From Phoronis australis (lineage: Eukaryota > Animalia > Phoronida): DNA of 64,000 nt. Made by a program: the position numbers and the translations under genes. Below, piece by piece: positions 24,259-39,200 of this stretch; position 1 is the stretch's first letter, and each line of letters begins with the position of its first letter. Location: NCBI GenBank assembly GCA_002633005.1, contig NMRA01000249.1, forward strand, positions 502,890 through 566,889, given 5' to 3'. The notes beneath the pieces were generated by a model, which saw only the letters and a list, made by a program, of their open reading frames with translations, was not told the DNA's origin and did no database searches.

Positions 24259-27200
24259 ATGGATGTTTATAAGTGTCGGGACTGCTTCATGAGTTTCAAC
24301 TCTCCGGATCTTCTTAGAAAGCACCGGACAAAGTTCTGCGTAGGAGGTTCATTGGGAGACCCCAATCACTTAATGCTGAGACAAGGGTTGCGCTCTGCAG
24401 AGGGAAATACTGCTCCCAGACCCAAGCCTCCCCAGTCCAGGGTAAGTACCATCTTATTTACATATATGTAAATAATTTATGTACAATATAAGTCCTGTTT
24501 AGACATTAACTTTTGGCCCAGCGCAACTGACACAGAGCAAATTGATCGGTGTCAAGCATCCTTTTACACACACAACTCACTAACTGTGGCAAGACAGAAG
24601 TTGTAGGCTGGAGAGTGGAATGCACATGCGCATGTTTTCAAATAGTGGGAGTTGCAGAGACAGAGCCCATATGTAGGTCATTGCACAAGAGCGCAGTGGA
24701 GATGATCCTTTCCTCATTGCCCCAGTTTCACGTTTAGACATATAATTGACACAGAGCAAGATGATTGACCTGTACTTCACAAAAGGGGACAAAAGTTGTC
24801 ACCGCGGTGTCAATTTGTTTGCTGTCGGTCCCGTTTACACACATAATTGGGCTGGAACATATCGTTCCATGTCAGCTGATCCATGTCAACTTTTGTAATG
24901 TAAACGGCACTATAGTCACCATCTAAGGTGACGGTGGACCTTATTGACAAGTCTGTATGCTTAAATCGATTACTAACCTACAGAATTTAACACAGAAAAT
25001 ATTTTCTGAGAACAGAAATTCCGTAGAATTTGATTGTTCACTTTTTACCAATCTGTCATTAGTAGGTTCACATAACCAAGCTTTTTAGTTAAAACTTTAG
25101 AAAAAAAGAAAGGCCTATTCGTAGCAAAACAACAGGATCAGTTACATGTCACATGACCTATTTTTGTGCGATATACATGTTTGAGATCTTATCTCAAAAA
25201 CTGTGTTGAATTGTTGTTTCGTTTTCATTTTATGCGACCCTGATATTTTTCACAAAAATCAAATGAGTAATATTTTTTATAGTTCCTCTTTCAAAAATGG
25301 AGCATTTTAAAACAATTGCTAATGTCAGTCTTTTGGAGAAGAACTGCTCAGCATCATGTTTGAAAACTTTCGTGCAAATCTGTTCCGCCACTTCTGAGAT
25401 ACAATATTCCGAAGTTGTCCAAAATTGCACATTTTTCTAAGGTCCTACTTAACCTTAAATCTTGATCTAGGCTGGAACATTTAATGAAAGCAACATACAG
25501 TGATATCGGTAGTAAGAGATTCATTGGCTTTGTGTTTAAAGCAGTCTATCCCGGTCATTAATCATGTGTTATCTAATAAAAACACTAAAGAAACTCCTGT
25601 CACCATGTGTTATGCCTGTTACGAGTTAATTGGTTTAATCAAACATTTCTGTCATAATGGTAAAGAAGACATTAGCTTACACAACACTTTTTTTGAAGTA
25701 ATCTAGCTAATTATAGCAACTTCCAGGTAATGGAACATATATTGGTTTTTGGACCAAAAATGCATAGTGATTATTGTTGGATAGGCATCGACTTCTTGAT
25801 GTTTTATTAACTTTGACCAGAGATGTTGTTTCTAGAGTATGTTAAGGTCATCGCTGTGAGCCGACCGTTGCCATCAATTGTGAAATGTAATGAACTGTGC
25901 AGCTTATCATTTTGGCTTGCTTTTTGTCTTGAAGTTACCAAGAGAATCACCTTTTATGTAATTCAAACAGCTTTGAATAACGCCATCATAGTGTTCTATT
26001 AAGACCCACATTCGACAATTGTTATTTGTCTTTTTGGTTTGTGTTGACTGTTAAGCAATATGGCAGGAATTAAGGCAACTTCAACCGTTGTTTGAGTTGC
26101 CAATATCTGACTAATCAAACTTGTGTGTTCTTATTTTGTTAACCTGGGCTTTGCTAGGACTATCTCGTTAGCCCAGAGTACATTCTGAAAAAAGAAGACT
26201 CCATTGAAGTTGGGCTTTATGTTCAATGGTTAATTTTTCCTGTAAATTGGCTGACATGTACAACCAAATGAACACTGAATTAAATATTTTCTTTCATAGC
26301 ATCAACAAACAGTCAATAGCTAAGCACTTGGCAGGAATATTTAGTTCTGGTGAGAGATCTTGAAGTTTTATTGTGCTGGTCCCATTGTTTTTTCATTGTC
26401 TGCAGATTCATCTGAAAGTATTTTGTCTGTGCTCAGTGTTTTACGTTCAAAATAATTGCAAAAAATGAATTTTCTTAAATTGAACTTTACAAATTTTGTT
26501 AATGGATATGAATTAAAAGCTAGTGGAAAAAATAGCATCTCAACAGATGACATCAACCATCAATCTGGTTTGTGGATGTTAACTCACACAGTAGTTACAG
26601 TTAGGTAATCTTGATGGGCGGAAAAATGTGGCCTCCGCCCTGAGAATTGGTCCCGTGAAATTTGGTTTGTCGTCTTATTTATGAAAATCTGCTTTGAACA
26701 TCCACTGGTATCCCAGTGAACTAACCTCAGTCAGGTATTCTTTCTCAACTCTCCAATACCAAGTGGAAGTTTGATAGATAGGCATATTAATTCACCCCAA
26801 GCTGAGAGATTTCAAAGATAAACTTGATAAGAGTGACCATTTGTTAAAACCTTCCCTTCTTGTATTGTAACATGTCCTACTTGCAAGTGTGCAGTATTCA
26901 AACATTGTAGATTGTGTTTCTTAATGTTGGGTGTATCCCTAATTGATATGCTGTCCTCTTAGCAACTGTCAGCTGGTTATAGGGTGGTGTTGCTACAGTG
27001 TCACAATAGAGTCATGGCCTCCTATTTATTATTAAAAGCCATGCATCCAAGTGAAACTCATTTCAATTTTGTATTTTGTCCATCTATTCATTCTTAAGTG
27101 TCCCTAGATTGCCTGATTCACTTTAACCTCCACAGCTGCTGACTATTACCTGACAATGACCTGCATAAAAACTTGTAAGGTTAAACTATATTATTTTTCT

Positions 27201-30200
27201 GTAGACTACCTATTATGCATAACCCTAAGGATGTAAAATTGAACAGATTGTTTCTTTATAAAAACTTTTCCTTTTTCAGGCCCAGTCAGACAGTGGCTAC
27301 ATAGATGGCAAGGTGAGCAACTTTAACAAAGCTTTTGATCCTCCCGTAAGCCCATCTCACCCCTTGTTTTTCTGCTTGATAGCAATGGTAGCATAACTTC
27401 AAAACTGCGATTGTCCAACATGTTAAATGTTATGTGAGTTTGCTTGCAGTAAAAGCTAAAGGTATTTAGACAAAATGATCCACAATTCCCTGTCATGACC
27501 TCTGTACGGAAGCCAAAGTCATCGTCATCGTTAACCTTCCCTCTTGACTGATGATAAAGGGAAATTAACAAGAAAATTAAGTAAACTGTGGCGAGGCCGT
27601 AATGTATTTAGAATTTTTCTGCCCTAATAGTTATTGCCACTCATTTTTGCTGTTAAGGTATTTGCCGTTATGACTCTTAACGATGTTTTGTATTAATTAT
27701 TTTTGTCTTGTATGTAGAACCTTATCAACAAGCTTGTGAATTTAAACGGACTTCTAAGCAAAAGAGTTGAAGTAAACTCTGACTGGGAAAGTAATATATT
27801 TTATTTTAAAATCGAAAGTTTGTATCTTTTGTTGTTAACTTAGTTTATACCAATGTGTCTTTAGCCGGGCTTTGTGATCACATTTTTGGGGAAAATGTTA
27901 GCAAAACCTGGCTTATTTTTAGTGGCTGGAATTTGTTTCATAGGCTCCTAGGAAGAACTTGTGATCAAACCCAATAATGCCTACAATAGATATGGTTCTA
28001 GCACGGACAGTCAGTCAATCATCGACAAGCTGTTTCATCAGTTTTAAGCAATATCTCAGCCAACAACTTTCTGTGCCTTCGTTTTCCTTTCAGAACATTT
28101 CAGGATAAATTTTCTTCAGCACCGTCTTTTTCTTTCTTAGCTCATTTTGCTATGTGATGCAGATCCCTTGTTAATCCTAACAATTTGAAGACTGCTAAAT
28201 TTTCTATTTGCCGAAGAACTAATTGTCCATTAGATATTCCCGTTTTGCTGTCATAGTTTTCCGTTTTCTGTGTGGTCATTTTTCAAGCGCATATTGACTG
28301 GCTTGCCATTGTTATATTTGTAGAAATACATTTTAACGGACTATTTATATGATATAGAACAGTACACATCAAGGTTTTTATGGAGTTTCATGCTGAAGTC
28401 TTCAAACAGGATTTACTTGAATGTTTCTGAATATCATTTTCCATCTGCAAAAGCCTGCAGAACCATCTGATTGCCTAAAGTTGTGTCACTGTAATTTTTC
28501 ACATGACACTGAACTGTTGAAGAGCTGTCAGCAATGCTGGTTTGAAGTATCACCCTTCAGTTATCAACTGTTGGGATCTATTTCAACCTCTCACTAACAA
28601 ATACAAAAAAGATTTAGGGAACTTAGTTCATGCAACACCTCACTGAAGGACTGACAGTTTATGATTTCTTTTGATCAAGCTTATGCAATTCCATGTCATA
28701 GTGTGTGACCTGAAATTCAGACCAAGCTAATAGAATTCCAAATCACACAGTGTGACCTGGAATTGCATGAGCTTGATCTTAAGATTGAAATGAAAAAAAA
28801 AACTGTTAGAGTTCTTTCCAAGCCTGGAAGTGACACTTGCTTTGACTAATAAATAATTTGAGATTTATTTTGTAATCATGGTAGTGGCATCAATGAAAGC
28901 TTGGGTTTTTGACATAATCCATGGTTATAACGTTGATTTTATAAGGGTGGTGTGAAATGTGATGCAATGCAGCCAAAAGTAAATTTTAAGCACTGTGGAA
29001 AAATGTCTGATTTGGTTCATCTCTTTTGCCATAGTGCAAGATTGTGTGTACATCGGCCTTTAGTCCTACAGTATGTATTATCCGTGCCACTTTGTGAATT
29101 GTTGAGATTGTAAAATGTGGAGCTTGTGCTTTTTCACGTTGTGTTAAATTTTGCTGAGAGGGGATATTATGGAAATGGTGAACTTGAAGGTGAAGGAGGT
29201 GCAAGATCTCAAGAGTCGTAGATCACTCAACAAAGAGCTGAGAGACAAAGAAGAACGCCTGCTATTGAGAAGTTTCGATGATTCAGCAGAAAGAAGCCCG
29301 CGTGGCCGACCCCGAGATTTAAAGGCTATTCAAGACGAAGTGAGTCATCTGCAGCAAAATGCGCAGATTCACTCATCTGTATTTTTGTTTAGTTCTGTTT
29401 TCAATTACGGATTTTAAAAATTCTTTTAGTTAAATGTACAATATGTGAATTTCATTTTTTCTTTTGCAATGTCTGAACAGAACAATGTAGTTTAAAGATT
29501 TTACACTCTGTTACCATAGTTTGCACTCTATGACTACCACCAGTTATCATTACAAGTATTTGCAATAAGTAGTGTCAATTATATCAATTATTTTTGCAAA
29601 TAGAAAATGACATTTGTAGCAAATATGTTTGTTCCAAATTGAAGAATTTCCATGGTAGTGATCATTTGAAGCAGTTGCCTGGTCTGATAGTTTTCTAAGC
29701 ATGTTCTAAGAAAATGATTCCCTGGTCCAAGTTTCTTAATTTTCTAAGTATATTTAGATGCTGATTAAACCTCGATATTTCGATGTTTTGTTGAGATTAA
29801 TATTCATTCAATTTGTGGGGTATCCACTATGATTGCCTTTTGACTCTGACCTGAACTGATGAGCTTTTGGCATATGCAAAAATAGTGAACTGGTCAATGA
29901 GATATTTTTGAATACAAGAATTTGGACTAATGGGAGACTTTTAACCAACATGGTCGCAACTTATCATTTGTGTCAGGATACCACTGGCTTATATAGGACG
30001 AGGAACTATTTAACTTCTGTTGTAGACATTCTAAGTCCGGTCACCATGCCATCTGTTGGCCACATGTGATGATGGGTCTGAGAATGTTTATAACATACTT
30101 CCAAAGCCTTATTGAGATTGACATTTAACGCCTGCTCAAAACGTTTAATCGCATACACTGTATTGGGATCTTTTCACAAAGTCTATATGTTCCTCTCCAC

Positions 30201-33200
30201 CAACCGCTGTGGTGAAGAAGCACTTCATGGGACAGCCAGGTGGCAATAAGAGTCACTGCTTCTTGAAAGTATTCCGTGGGCTGTTTTGACTATGGCAAAT
30301 AAACGTTTTTCCTCATGTTCGATTTCAAATATTTTTTGTTGAATTTCTAATAATGATTTTGTCTGATGGTTGAAACTTGCAGTACAACAGAGTTAAAGCC
30401 AGTGAACGGCATATCAAGCGAATTGTTGATGAGATTGAAATCGAGGCTATGAATGACAATGGACGGCCATCTCCTGCCTCTAGCATGAGCATTTATCTGT
30501 CGGATGTGAGTACGAACATGCCAGCGTGGATATGTACTCACTAGAGCACAGCTCATGGGATGCATTCACTGTTTAAGCAAGGATCCTAACAACCGCACTA
30601 TTAACACTGATCATGAGGTTGGCCTCCTATGAGGGCTTGTTAGCAATAAATGGAGTTTGCTGAATACTCTTGCAAAGAACAGGCTGTTGATTGAGGCCTG
30701 CAAGCAAGTTAGCTGTTAGCAGACAGTCTTTCTCTGTGCCTTAACCCATGTTGGTATTGGTCTAGTTTTGTCAACTGAGTGTCATCAATTCAAGCTAATA
30801 TTTGCATAATATAGGGATTTTCAATAATTTGCAAGTGACTCAGTTTCCTAATCACATCCAATCCCAAAACACATCTGGTTGATTCTAGTAACTTGGGTAC
30901 CTAGTTGCTGTTAGTTACTATCTTTGGATGCCTGAAACAATGAACCAGTATGCTGTGAAAAACTGTGGTCTTTTGTTTGATCTTGTCAGTTACAAATGCT
31001 TATCTCAGTGAATGCTTCCCTGAGGTGTCAATATAATTTAACAGACATGCCAAATGCACAGTTTTTAGCATTCTACCTAAAATATATTTTGACGATCAAT
31101 TAAACACTTTGATAATAATTTCATCACAAATCGAATAGGCTCCACTGCAAACTAACCTGAATTGTCCCGAGACACAAAGTAGAGTGCCTGCGTGTATGGA
31201 TTGGAACAGCATGTTTTGTATTGAACACTTCATGCTGACATGCCAAGCACATAATTTGCTAAGTCTGCAAGCTGTTGCTTGTCGTCCGCACCGTTTTGAC
31301 TATCTGCACTGTCTGCGTGCTGTTACTCCTTGCTTTCAGGGGCATTTTGCCAGTTTAGTGTTTTAGTGCATGTTTGTTGTCTGACCTGCCATTAATGTTT
31401 TATGTACGGGTGTGGTTTTCATACTTCTGCAGACTTCCTGGTGTTAAAAAGGTACGATAGTCTTGTTTGTGAGAAAATATGAGTTTTATCAAGAGCACTG
31501 TCAGCTGCTACTTCCCATACTCGCTTGGGTTAACGCACTCCACCAGTTTACACTTTCAACTGCCCGTGCTATTATTAATGCTCACCCCCAGTTGTACAAT
31601 TGTAAAATTTTCTTGAAGATCATCTTCAAACTTAGGCTCCCGAAATGTTCAAAACATTCTCAATTTTACCTAGTGCAGGAATGGTTAACGAAATTTTCGA
31701 CAGAGTCTTGTCTTCGACGCTTGTGCTCGGCCAACGCCTAGCCCCTGATTTTGAATTTCGCTAATCTAATTGCCAACTGTGTTAACCCACACAAGTATGG
31801 TTATATATCTATTGGTTGTTCAAGTGTAGCTGTTTCATTGTTTAATTTGTTTCCTTGGTTTTGTTTTTAGACTTTGATCATGTTTATGACATCAGGTGCT
31901 TGGGTCTTAACTTTTAACTCGATATCATTTTTGGCGCTTTCTATTCTGTTTACAAATTTAAAGTGTCCATTATAATACCAGAATACAAAATGGCTTATGT
32001 GGATAACTGTTTAATTCTGATTTGAAATTGATGACCCTAGCATTAAGGCTTAAAGTTGGAGTGTGAACTCGAAATTTTGAGTTTTTACTCATTATCATGA
32101 ATTTTGACTCGGGTTTATAATTCGAATGTAGAGGTCATCAAGAGCAAAATGTGGACCAGAAACTGTATGAGGTAAAATGCTTGAACACAGAATGAAAGCC
32201 ACTGATCTTGAGTTCACACAAAAGTAGATCAGAAAATGACAAATTTTAAAATATTTTGGAATTCGATTTTGAGTTCAAAGTTTAGACCCAAGGCACAGCT
32301 GCTTTAATATTCATTTGAAGATCTTGTATCATTTTTATTGGTTTTATTGAATTCACTGGCATGCCGTGTTCTTTTATTTGTTTTTAATTTTGAGGCTCTG
32401 CTAATTGATTTAGGAGGAGTAATATCACTCTGTTATTGTATACTGGGGGATGAAACTCAATTAGTCCAAATGTATTATGGGATAGGCTTGTTTTTCTTAT
32501 CAAAGCAACTCCTGTTGCCGATATAAGCCTACACTGATGGGATCAATCTGTATGTTTTGTAAACTGTTATCTTCAGGTCTGGACTGAACAAATAACTGTA
32601 CATTTTGAGCCTTCTGAAGGAAACATGTCTGAACAATTCTTAACAAATGATATGATTTTGGTAACTTTTGAAAATCGTCTCTCAGAAATGACTGATAGGA
32701 GCTAATGAAACTTTCTAGTAAGATTCATCTCAGAAATTTTGTATGAATATTCATCTTCAAAAATGTATTTTTTCATAAGGTGTTCTGTCTTTCCTGATTT
32801 TTGCACAAAGCTATAGGAAAGAAAATTGATGCAATATTGAAAACTAGCTCTTTTGAGATTTCATTGTGACATTAACTTCTACAAAAGGAACTAGTTTCAG
32901 TCGATACCCTTGTTTTGCTGTAATTGTAGCGTTGTCAAAAAGACAGCCATGTGACCAAATCCATCACAGATTGACAGGAAGTCCAAAAGTGAATCTCATT
33001 CGCTCATTAGTTTTGTTATGAAACATTATTTAATTTTAGTTTTGCTGATTCATATATTGGCTAAATACACAGACTTGATAGTAACGTTATTCACAACCTG
33101 AGGGTTTGTTCTTAAATATACTAGAGGAACCTGATAGTAACGTTATTCACAACCTGAGGGTTTGTTCTTAAATATACTAGAGGAACCTGATAGTAACGTT

Positions 33201-36200
33201 ATTCACAACCTGAGGGTTTGTTCTTTAATATACTAGAGGAACCTGATAGTAACGTTATTCACAACCTGAGGGTTTGTTCTTAAATATACTAGAGGAACCT
33301 GATAGTAACGTTATTCACAACCTGAGGGTTTGTTCTTAAATATACTAGAGGAACCTGATGAAAGACTGGCCATGGTGAATTGCTCTAACGAATTATGAAT
33401 TTTTTATTGTAATTAATGATGCATATCTGTTCAGAAATTTATGTGGTTTTTATGGTTGTTAAATTTTCAGATTTCGTGTTTTACTTTTAATTGATGTCAC
33501 TTGTAATGTTGCTGATGTGGGGGATATAATAGCCACGAGTGAGGTCTTGGGTTCAAACCCTTCAACTGGTTTTCAGAATGTTTTTCTCGGTACTGGGTGA
33601 GCTAGTACACATATGTTGTCCACGGCAACCGACAAAAACACATCAGCACAAGTTGATTGTCTTTTGCCTGCAAAAAGGGAATTGCCTTGAATTTATTTCA
33701 CTGTACGTTGCGGCATGTTTGCTAAATATACCAGAGTGTTCTATTTTCATTATCAGTTTCTCTTGCTCTTTTTACTGTATGCCAGCTTAAGCTTGATGCT
33801 AAATTCTTGTCTTTGTTTTGACAGACATCTTAGTACTATACAATATTACCAATTTAGGACACAATATGGCTCATTTTTTTGTTAAAGGTAACAACATTAA
33901 ATGAATTGTTTATCATGTTAATGAACTGTACAGCAGTTACCATGATCATAAAGTATTTTGAAAAATCGTGGGTGTCCACAACAATGTCAAAAGACCTTGA
34001 AAAACTAGATAAAGGGTTATTTTGTGATTTATTTTTGTTTGAAATCTGTGGGTTTTTACTCTACATACCAGAACAATGAAGCAATGCTTCTTTTCAAGGT
34101 CATGACTAGTAATGACCTCTATTGGTGGTTAAGTCCACTTTCACTGTCTGGCAACTCATGGTGAAGAATTCACTTTTTGCTCAGTTGCTATATTGAAAAC
34201 CTCTGGGTGGTTTTGTTGTGTGTATGCTATATGGTACTCCCTTGCTAGTTAACATGTAGTGTTGCATGCTAATAATTTCTAACATTCTAATGTTGTTATG
34301 AGAACCTATTACTGATAATTAACTACAAGTGTATTGTGTTTGATCTCTCATATGACAGGAAGGAAATCTAATTGTTTGTATTCTTCTCAATTTATTTTCA
34401 AAACAAAATCAAAGATGGCTGAAATTATTGACCATTGTATGCTTTGTGTATTATCCATAAAGTTAGTCACCTAAGCCCGCTCTCTTGTCATAGATAGTAT
34501 CAACCTGACTCATGGTTGGTTCATGAACCACAACTGGATTTCATCTATGGGGCTGCTGTCAGTTTTCAAAATGCATTCTAGGACATATGTCGGCTTGCGA
34601 CCAATCGATGACATTGCTAAAAATTTGGGAGGCATGGACTGTGTTCCATAGCTGCAAAATTTTAACAAGTAAAGCTGATGGTATTGTGTGCTTTCCTTAT
34701 AATGCATACTGATATCTTGCGTAATTTTATGTTCTTGAGCTTTTCTTGTTTCTGCAGAATCCAGCCGCTGTTTTAGGTGGTGAGATTTACTTCAGTGTCA
34801 TCAGATGTCCGGCCTCGGGAATCTTTCATGGAAATGAGATTATTTGTTAAAAGTCATTTAATAATCCTTTCAGTGCATATTGAGGCTTACTTTTAATTTT
34901 TAGTTTCATCATGATTGCTGTTTAGTCATACTTACTCCAAAAAGCATATTGCAGTGGACCGGTCCCTTACTTTCAATAATTGTCACCTCAAGTGACAATT
35001 ATTGTTTTGCCTCATATTGTTTACAAGTCATCAATTTTCTGTGATGCCACCCAATGTTTACGAGCCCACAACCATCCCACAATGCATTTGAAAACTACAC
35101 CAGCGTCACTAATTGAGTACTAGATTTTGCCATAGATGAAATTCTTGAATTAACAAGCTCAGTAACCTGTTATGACCAAAATCCAACGGCACCTGTGACT
35201 TCAGATTGGTAACTCGGCTATTCATGATGACTGACACAGTGAATCAAGAACTGTAGTTAGTTTCCGCACCCTTCAGTTACACGCTACCTAACAAAAGTTG
35301 TATTCTTCACTATTCTAGGAGGAGTACAGTCCCCGTACCAATAAAAAGAGAACTGTTCACAACAGTCAGATGCGCCACCTAGCGGAAAGTCACAGCAGAC
35401 AGGTGGCGGGGTACCAGTCAAGGAGCAAGGATCTGGAGAAACAACGGGAGGGTAATGAAAATGTGACTGTGTAGTAATGGTCATAGTGAAGTAGGAATGG
35501 TACTGGTGGTGCCAGTGTTGTTGTTCATTTGTTTTGAAACTATTTTTATTACTCTGTACTGTTGTTTTTAAATTACTAGGCACTTACTCTATGTGACTAA
35601 CAACGTATGATGTGCCCGGATGTATTGGCATAATTTTCCTGTTTAGTTACAAGTGGTTGTCTGTAGTTTACTTCAAAGTAGATTTTGGAATCTCAACATT
35701 GAACTTAAGAATCGCTTATACACTGTAAGTTAATCATAAATCATCAAACTACAGTCACATCAGGGAAGTCCACTGGATTATTTATAAGATGTTCCATAAG
35801 TGGTCCCTGTGTTCCACCAATCAAAAGTTTACAGAAGTTATGCTTAATATCTTCCTTCTCCATTTTGTTTTGTATCATCTGTAGACATTAGGCGTCGACT
35901 GGAGCAGCTAGGACGTGTTCAACCAGCTGACTCTGATGTCAACACACAGCTTCTACAGGATCTGAGACAACAAGAGCGGAAGAATGAACAGACATTAGCT
36001 GAATTAAAGAAACAATTGACTGAGCTGAGCAGGGTCAAGTGAGTTGGTCAATGTAGCCTTAATTCATCATGCAAAACATGTTTTTACAAAGATTGTGCAT
36101 GTGTATGTGCGAAGCTAAGGTGTGGTCACTTGCATTGTGGTTGTAAGTGCATCTTTGGCCTTGCGCTTTGATGTGAAAAAATGTCTGCCGTTACCCAGAT

Positions 36201-39200
36201 TTGACCACTCTGTAATCTCATTTAAAGAACATGTATTTCACAAAAGTTATCATTAGTTGAGTCTTGATGCTTCAATAAAGAAATCCGGCAGTTCAATGTT
36301 TTTCTGATTTTCAATTTTGTTATAAATTATTTAATAGATGACGACTGAATCGTGTAGCTCTCTGGTGCTAAAATTCTATTTATTATCTTTTGTCATGTTT
36401 AACAGTGCTTTTCTTCTCTTTGGCTTTTTTTCTGGAACATTTGCTTTTAATCTGAGAAAATCAAACATGATGATATTCTCTGCAAGGAATAAAACTATGA
36501 TTAATTGAGTGACTGTGGTTCATGAGGAAAGATTGTATAACATCTTTTGGGAAAAAACTGTGATTGTAACAAAAAAAGATAAAACGAGGACGTCTGCGTG
36601 ATTCAAGAGCATGGTATACAAGGTGTCTTTTGGTCGGGTTGATGTGCAGCAATAATGCGCCAGTGTAGTTTACCTATTACTGTTTACTCTGGAATGTTCT
36701 GTGTTGTTTGTAGGAAGAAGCCAAAGCCTAAAAAAGAGCCGACTTTCTCCAATGTTCCTTACTATGGAAATTCTCTGGTGGCTGAAATAAGGTACTGATG
36801 AAGTCTACAGACATAATTAACTTGTCATGTTAGTTGTTTTTTTATTGATTTGTCGTTCCTGTAATTAGTGCTTGTGCTTTATTTTTTCTTTGGTAACAAT
36901 TTTCTTTAATTTGAGACCCTTAAACTTGTCTCAGACCATAAATCTATTGTCATTAGAATTTCTTTAAAATTCAGTTGCAAAGCTTTCTCAATTACTTCAT
37001 TGTTTAGACTTCTCTTTTATATGAAAGCTATTAAATTTAAATTAGTTATTAAATGAATTAAATAACTGAATATTTAGTATTAATCCATTAATTGTTAATG
37101 CCAGTAGAAGATAGGGTCCTGTGATAAGAGCTTCAATCAGTCCCTGTTTACATGACAATTATTAGTATTTATTTTTAACATATTGGGAAGGCGCTGACCC
37201 ATTGTGTTTGTTCCAGTGCCATGCGACAGTCATATCTACAGAACGGGGGTAATGACCAAGCTGTTCTGGCACAGATGAACCAGATGTTGCATGAAGCTCA
37301 GTTGGTTGAGGCCCAGGAAAAGGACACGAGACCGGTCAAACCCAGAGGTACAGTGATGTAGCTGGCAGTCATGTGCCTTCTTTTGTTGAAATGGTGATTG
37401 TGTGATCCTGTTGTCGTGATCTAGATTTCTGCCACCTGATTCCGAACACATCAGAATGCTTGGCTCCAGATCACCCAGGACAGTCAGTATAGGTCCTTTT
37501 TATTTCTGAATAAATTTACAGCTGGAATTAGTTCATCAAAATGAGGGCATAGTAGGCTAAGAGTCCCGCATGGTTATCTGAATGATGCATTTATACTGGC
37601 AGGAGCTTTGTTTCTGTAGCACCATCTAGTGAAATTCGAGATGTCCATTTGTCCAAGAGAGTCAGAGGTCTTAGTAAGTTTATTTTATGGTTACATGAAA
37701 TTCATACCAGCCATAAAGTCAATCAGTAATTGCCTGAAAATAAAGTTGAATAAAAATTTAGAAACCTTTTTACCAGTTGCTTCAGAGTAGAAGCAAGGAC
37801 ATTATAGATGAAGTGCGAAAAAGGAAAAAGTTATCAACTATTAATATCTGTTTAAAAATAGCTGCTGCAAACTTGTTCTATAGTTTGTGCCCATTTCTAA
37901 CAGATGAGTTTCTGTGAAAAATAATATTCTTGGTGTTTTTCATTTAGTAAGTCATTGGATAATCTCGCCCAAATGATGCTGGTCACTGATTGACAATAAT
38001 TTCAAATTCTATCCAGCACTTACTGTGTTTCCTGTTTTCAACCAGAGTCTGTCGATGGTCTCACTCAGCAGATGTTGGCAATTGAACTAGAAAACCAGAA
38101 TTTACAGAGGGAGCTACTGATGCTACAACAGAACATGTTGCCCAGGAAACAAAATCAGGATCATGGTGAGTAATTGTGATTTATACTGTATAAGTTCTTA
38201 ATATTATTAATAATTAATGATTGTCTAAAGGAGAAGTTTAAAGATATTGTACCATGAACCTCACTTTAACATAACTTTTATGGGGCACATAGAATCAGAC
38301 AAATAATTATTACAATAGGTTCAGAAAATAGTAATTAAAATTTTTGGATTCCGGAAGAACTGTGGCTTGAGGTCAGGTTTAATAATTTGACTTGACCACA
38401 TTTTGTTCTTTCGTGCATTGAGCATGGTATTGAGCAATAACGGACATGTCCATCAATCTTCTAATGAAAGAAAGGAACAGCAGAACATAGAGTTCATCGA
38501 AGTGGTAGAAAACGAAAAGTTCCTTTTTTTACAAAAGGTAGTGGAGTTGCTTCATGTAATATGTCAGAACATTTTATTCTTGAAACTCAAGGTAAACAGT
38601 GCAGTGCATTCTAAGTGTCTCTGTTCTTTTCTGAATGCTGTTTGTCGATCCCGTTTTTTACACTTTCGTTTTCATTCTGAGTTTCTTCAAATATCACATG
38701 ATCTCTCATTCCTATTTTCATTGGCTAAATATGTTGTCTCTGCGGACTTCAACTCTTGTCATCGTTTTTGTTATTCTGCAGATGAGGACATCGACAATGA
38801 AATAAAGAAACTTGAACGGTCACATCTACGTAAGATGACACAGATTCAACACGAGATGGAGCTGCTGAAGCAACAGGCCATGTTGGAAAAGTTCAAGAGA
38901 GAAATTATGGGAGAGGGGAAACCGACAAAGCCGAGTGTGCCAGACAAAGTTGTGCCCACAGAGGTCAGCGATATCTCATCTCTTTAATTAATTTGTGCTT
39001 ATAATAAAGTTTTGTTAGTAGAATAGTTAGACGGTGTTTACACATAAATGACACTTATCAAATTTCTTATGGGAAATCTCAAATTAAACTTAGAAGCTCT
39101 TCTCATCTCACATCACCGTGTGCTATATTTAAGTACAAGAACCGCAAGCACAACCACATGGGCACTAATTGCATATTGTGAGTGGAAAATCTGACTAACA

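Noticed and set aside
27718-27771. Possible 54-nt in-frame cassette exon (NLINKLVNLNGLLSKRVE) of CCDC17
   Set aside because: The acceptor is reasonable but the donor GTAAAC is weak and there is no homology support; left out of the model.
33076-33359. Regular repeat array as a CRISPR
   Set aside because: Units are contiguous and identical with no unique spacers, there are no cas genes, and the context is a eukaryotic intron.
38403-38987. 194-aa ORF as a single-exon gene
   Set aside because: Only 38782-38963 is a splice-bounded CCDC17 exon; the rest is intron read-through.
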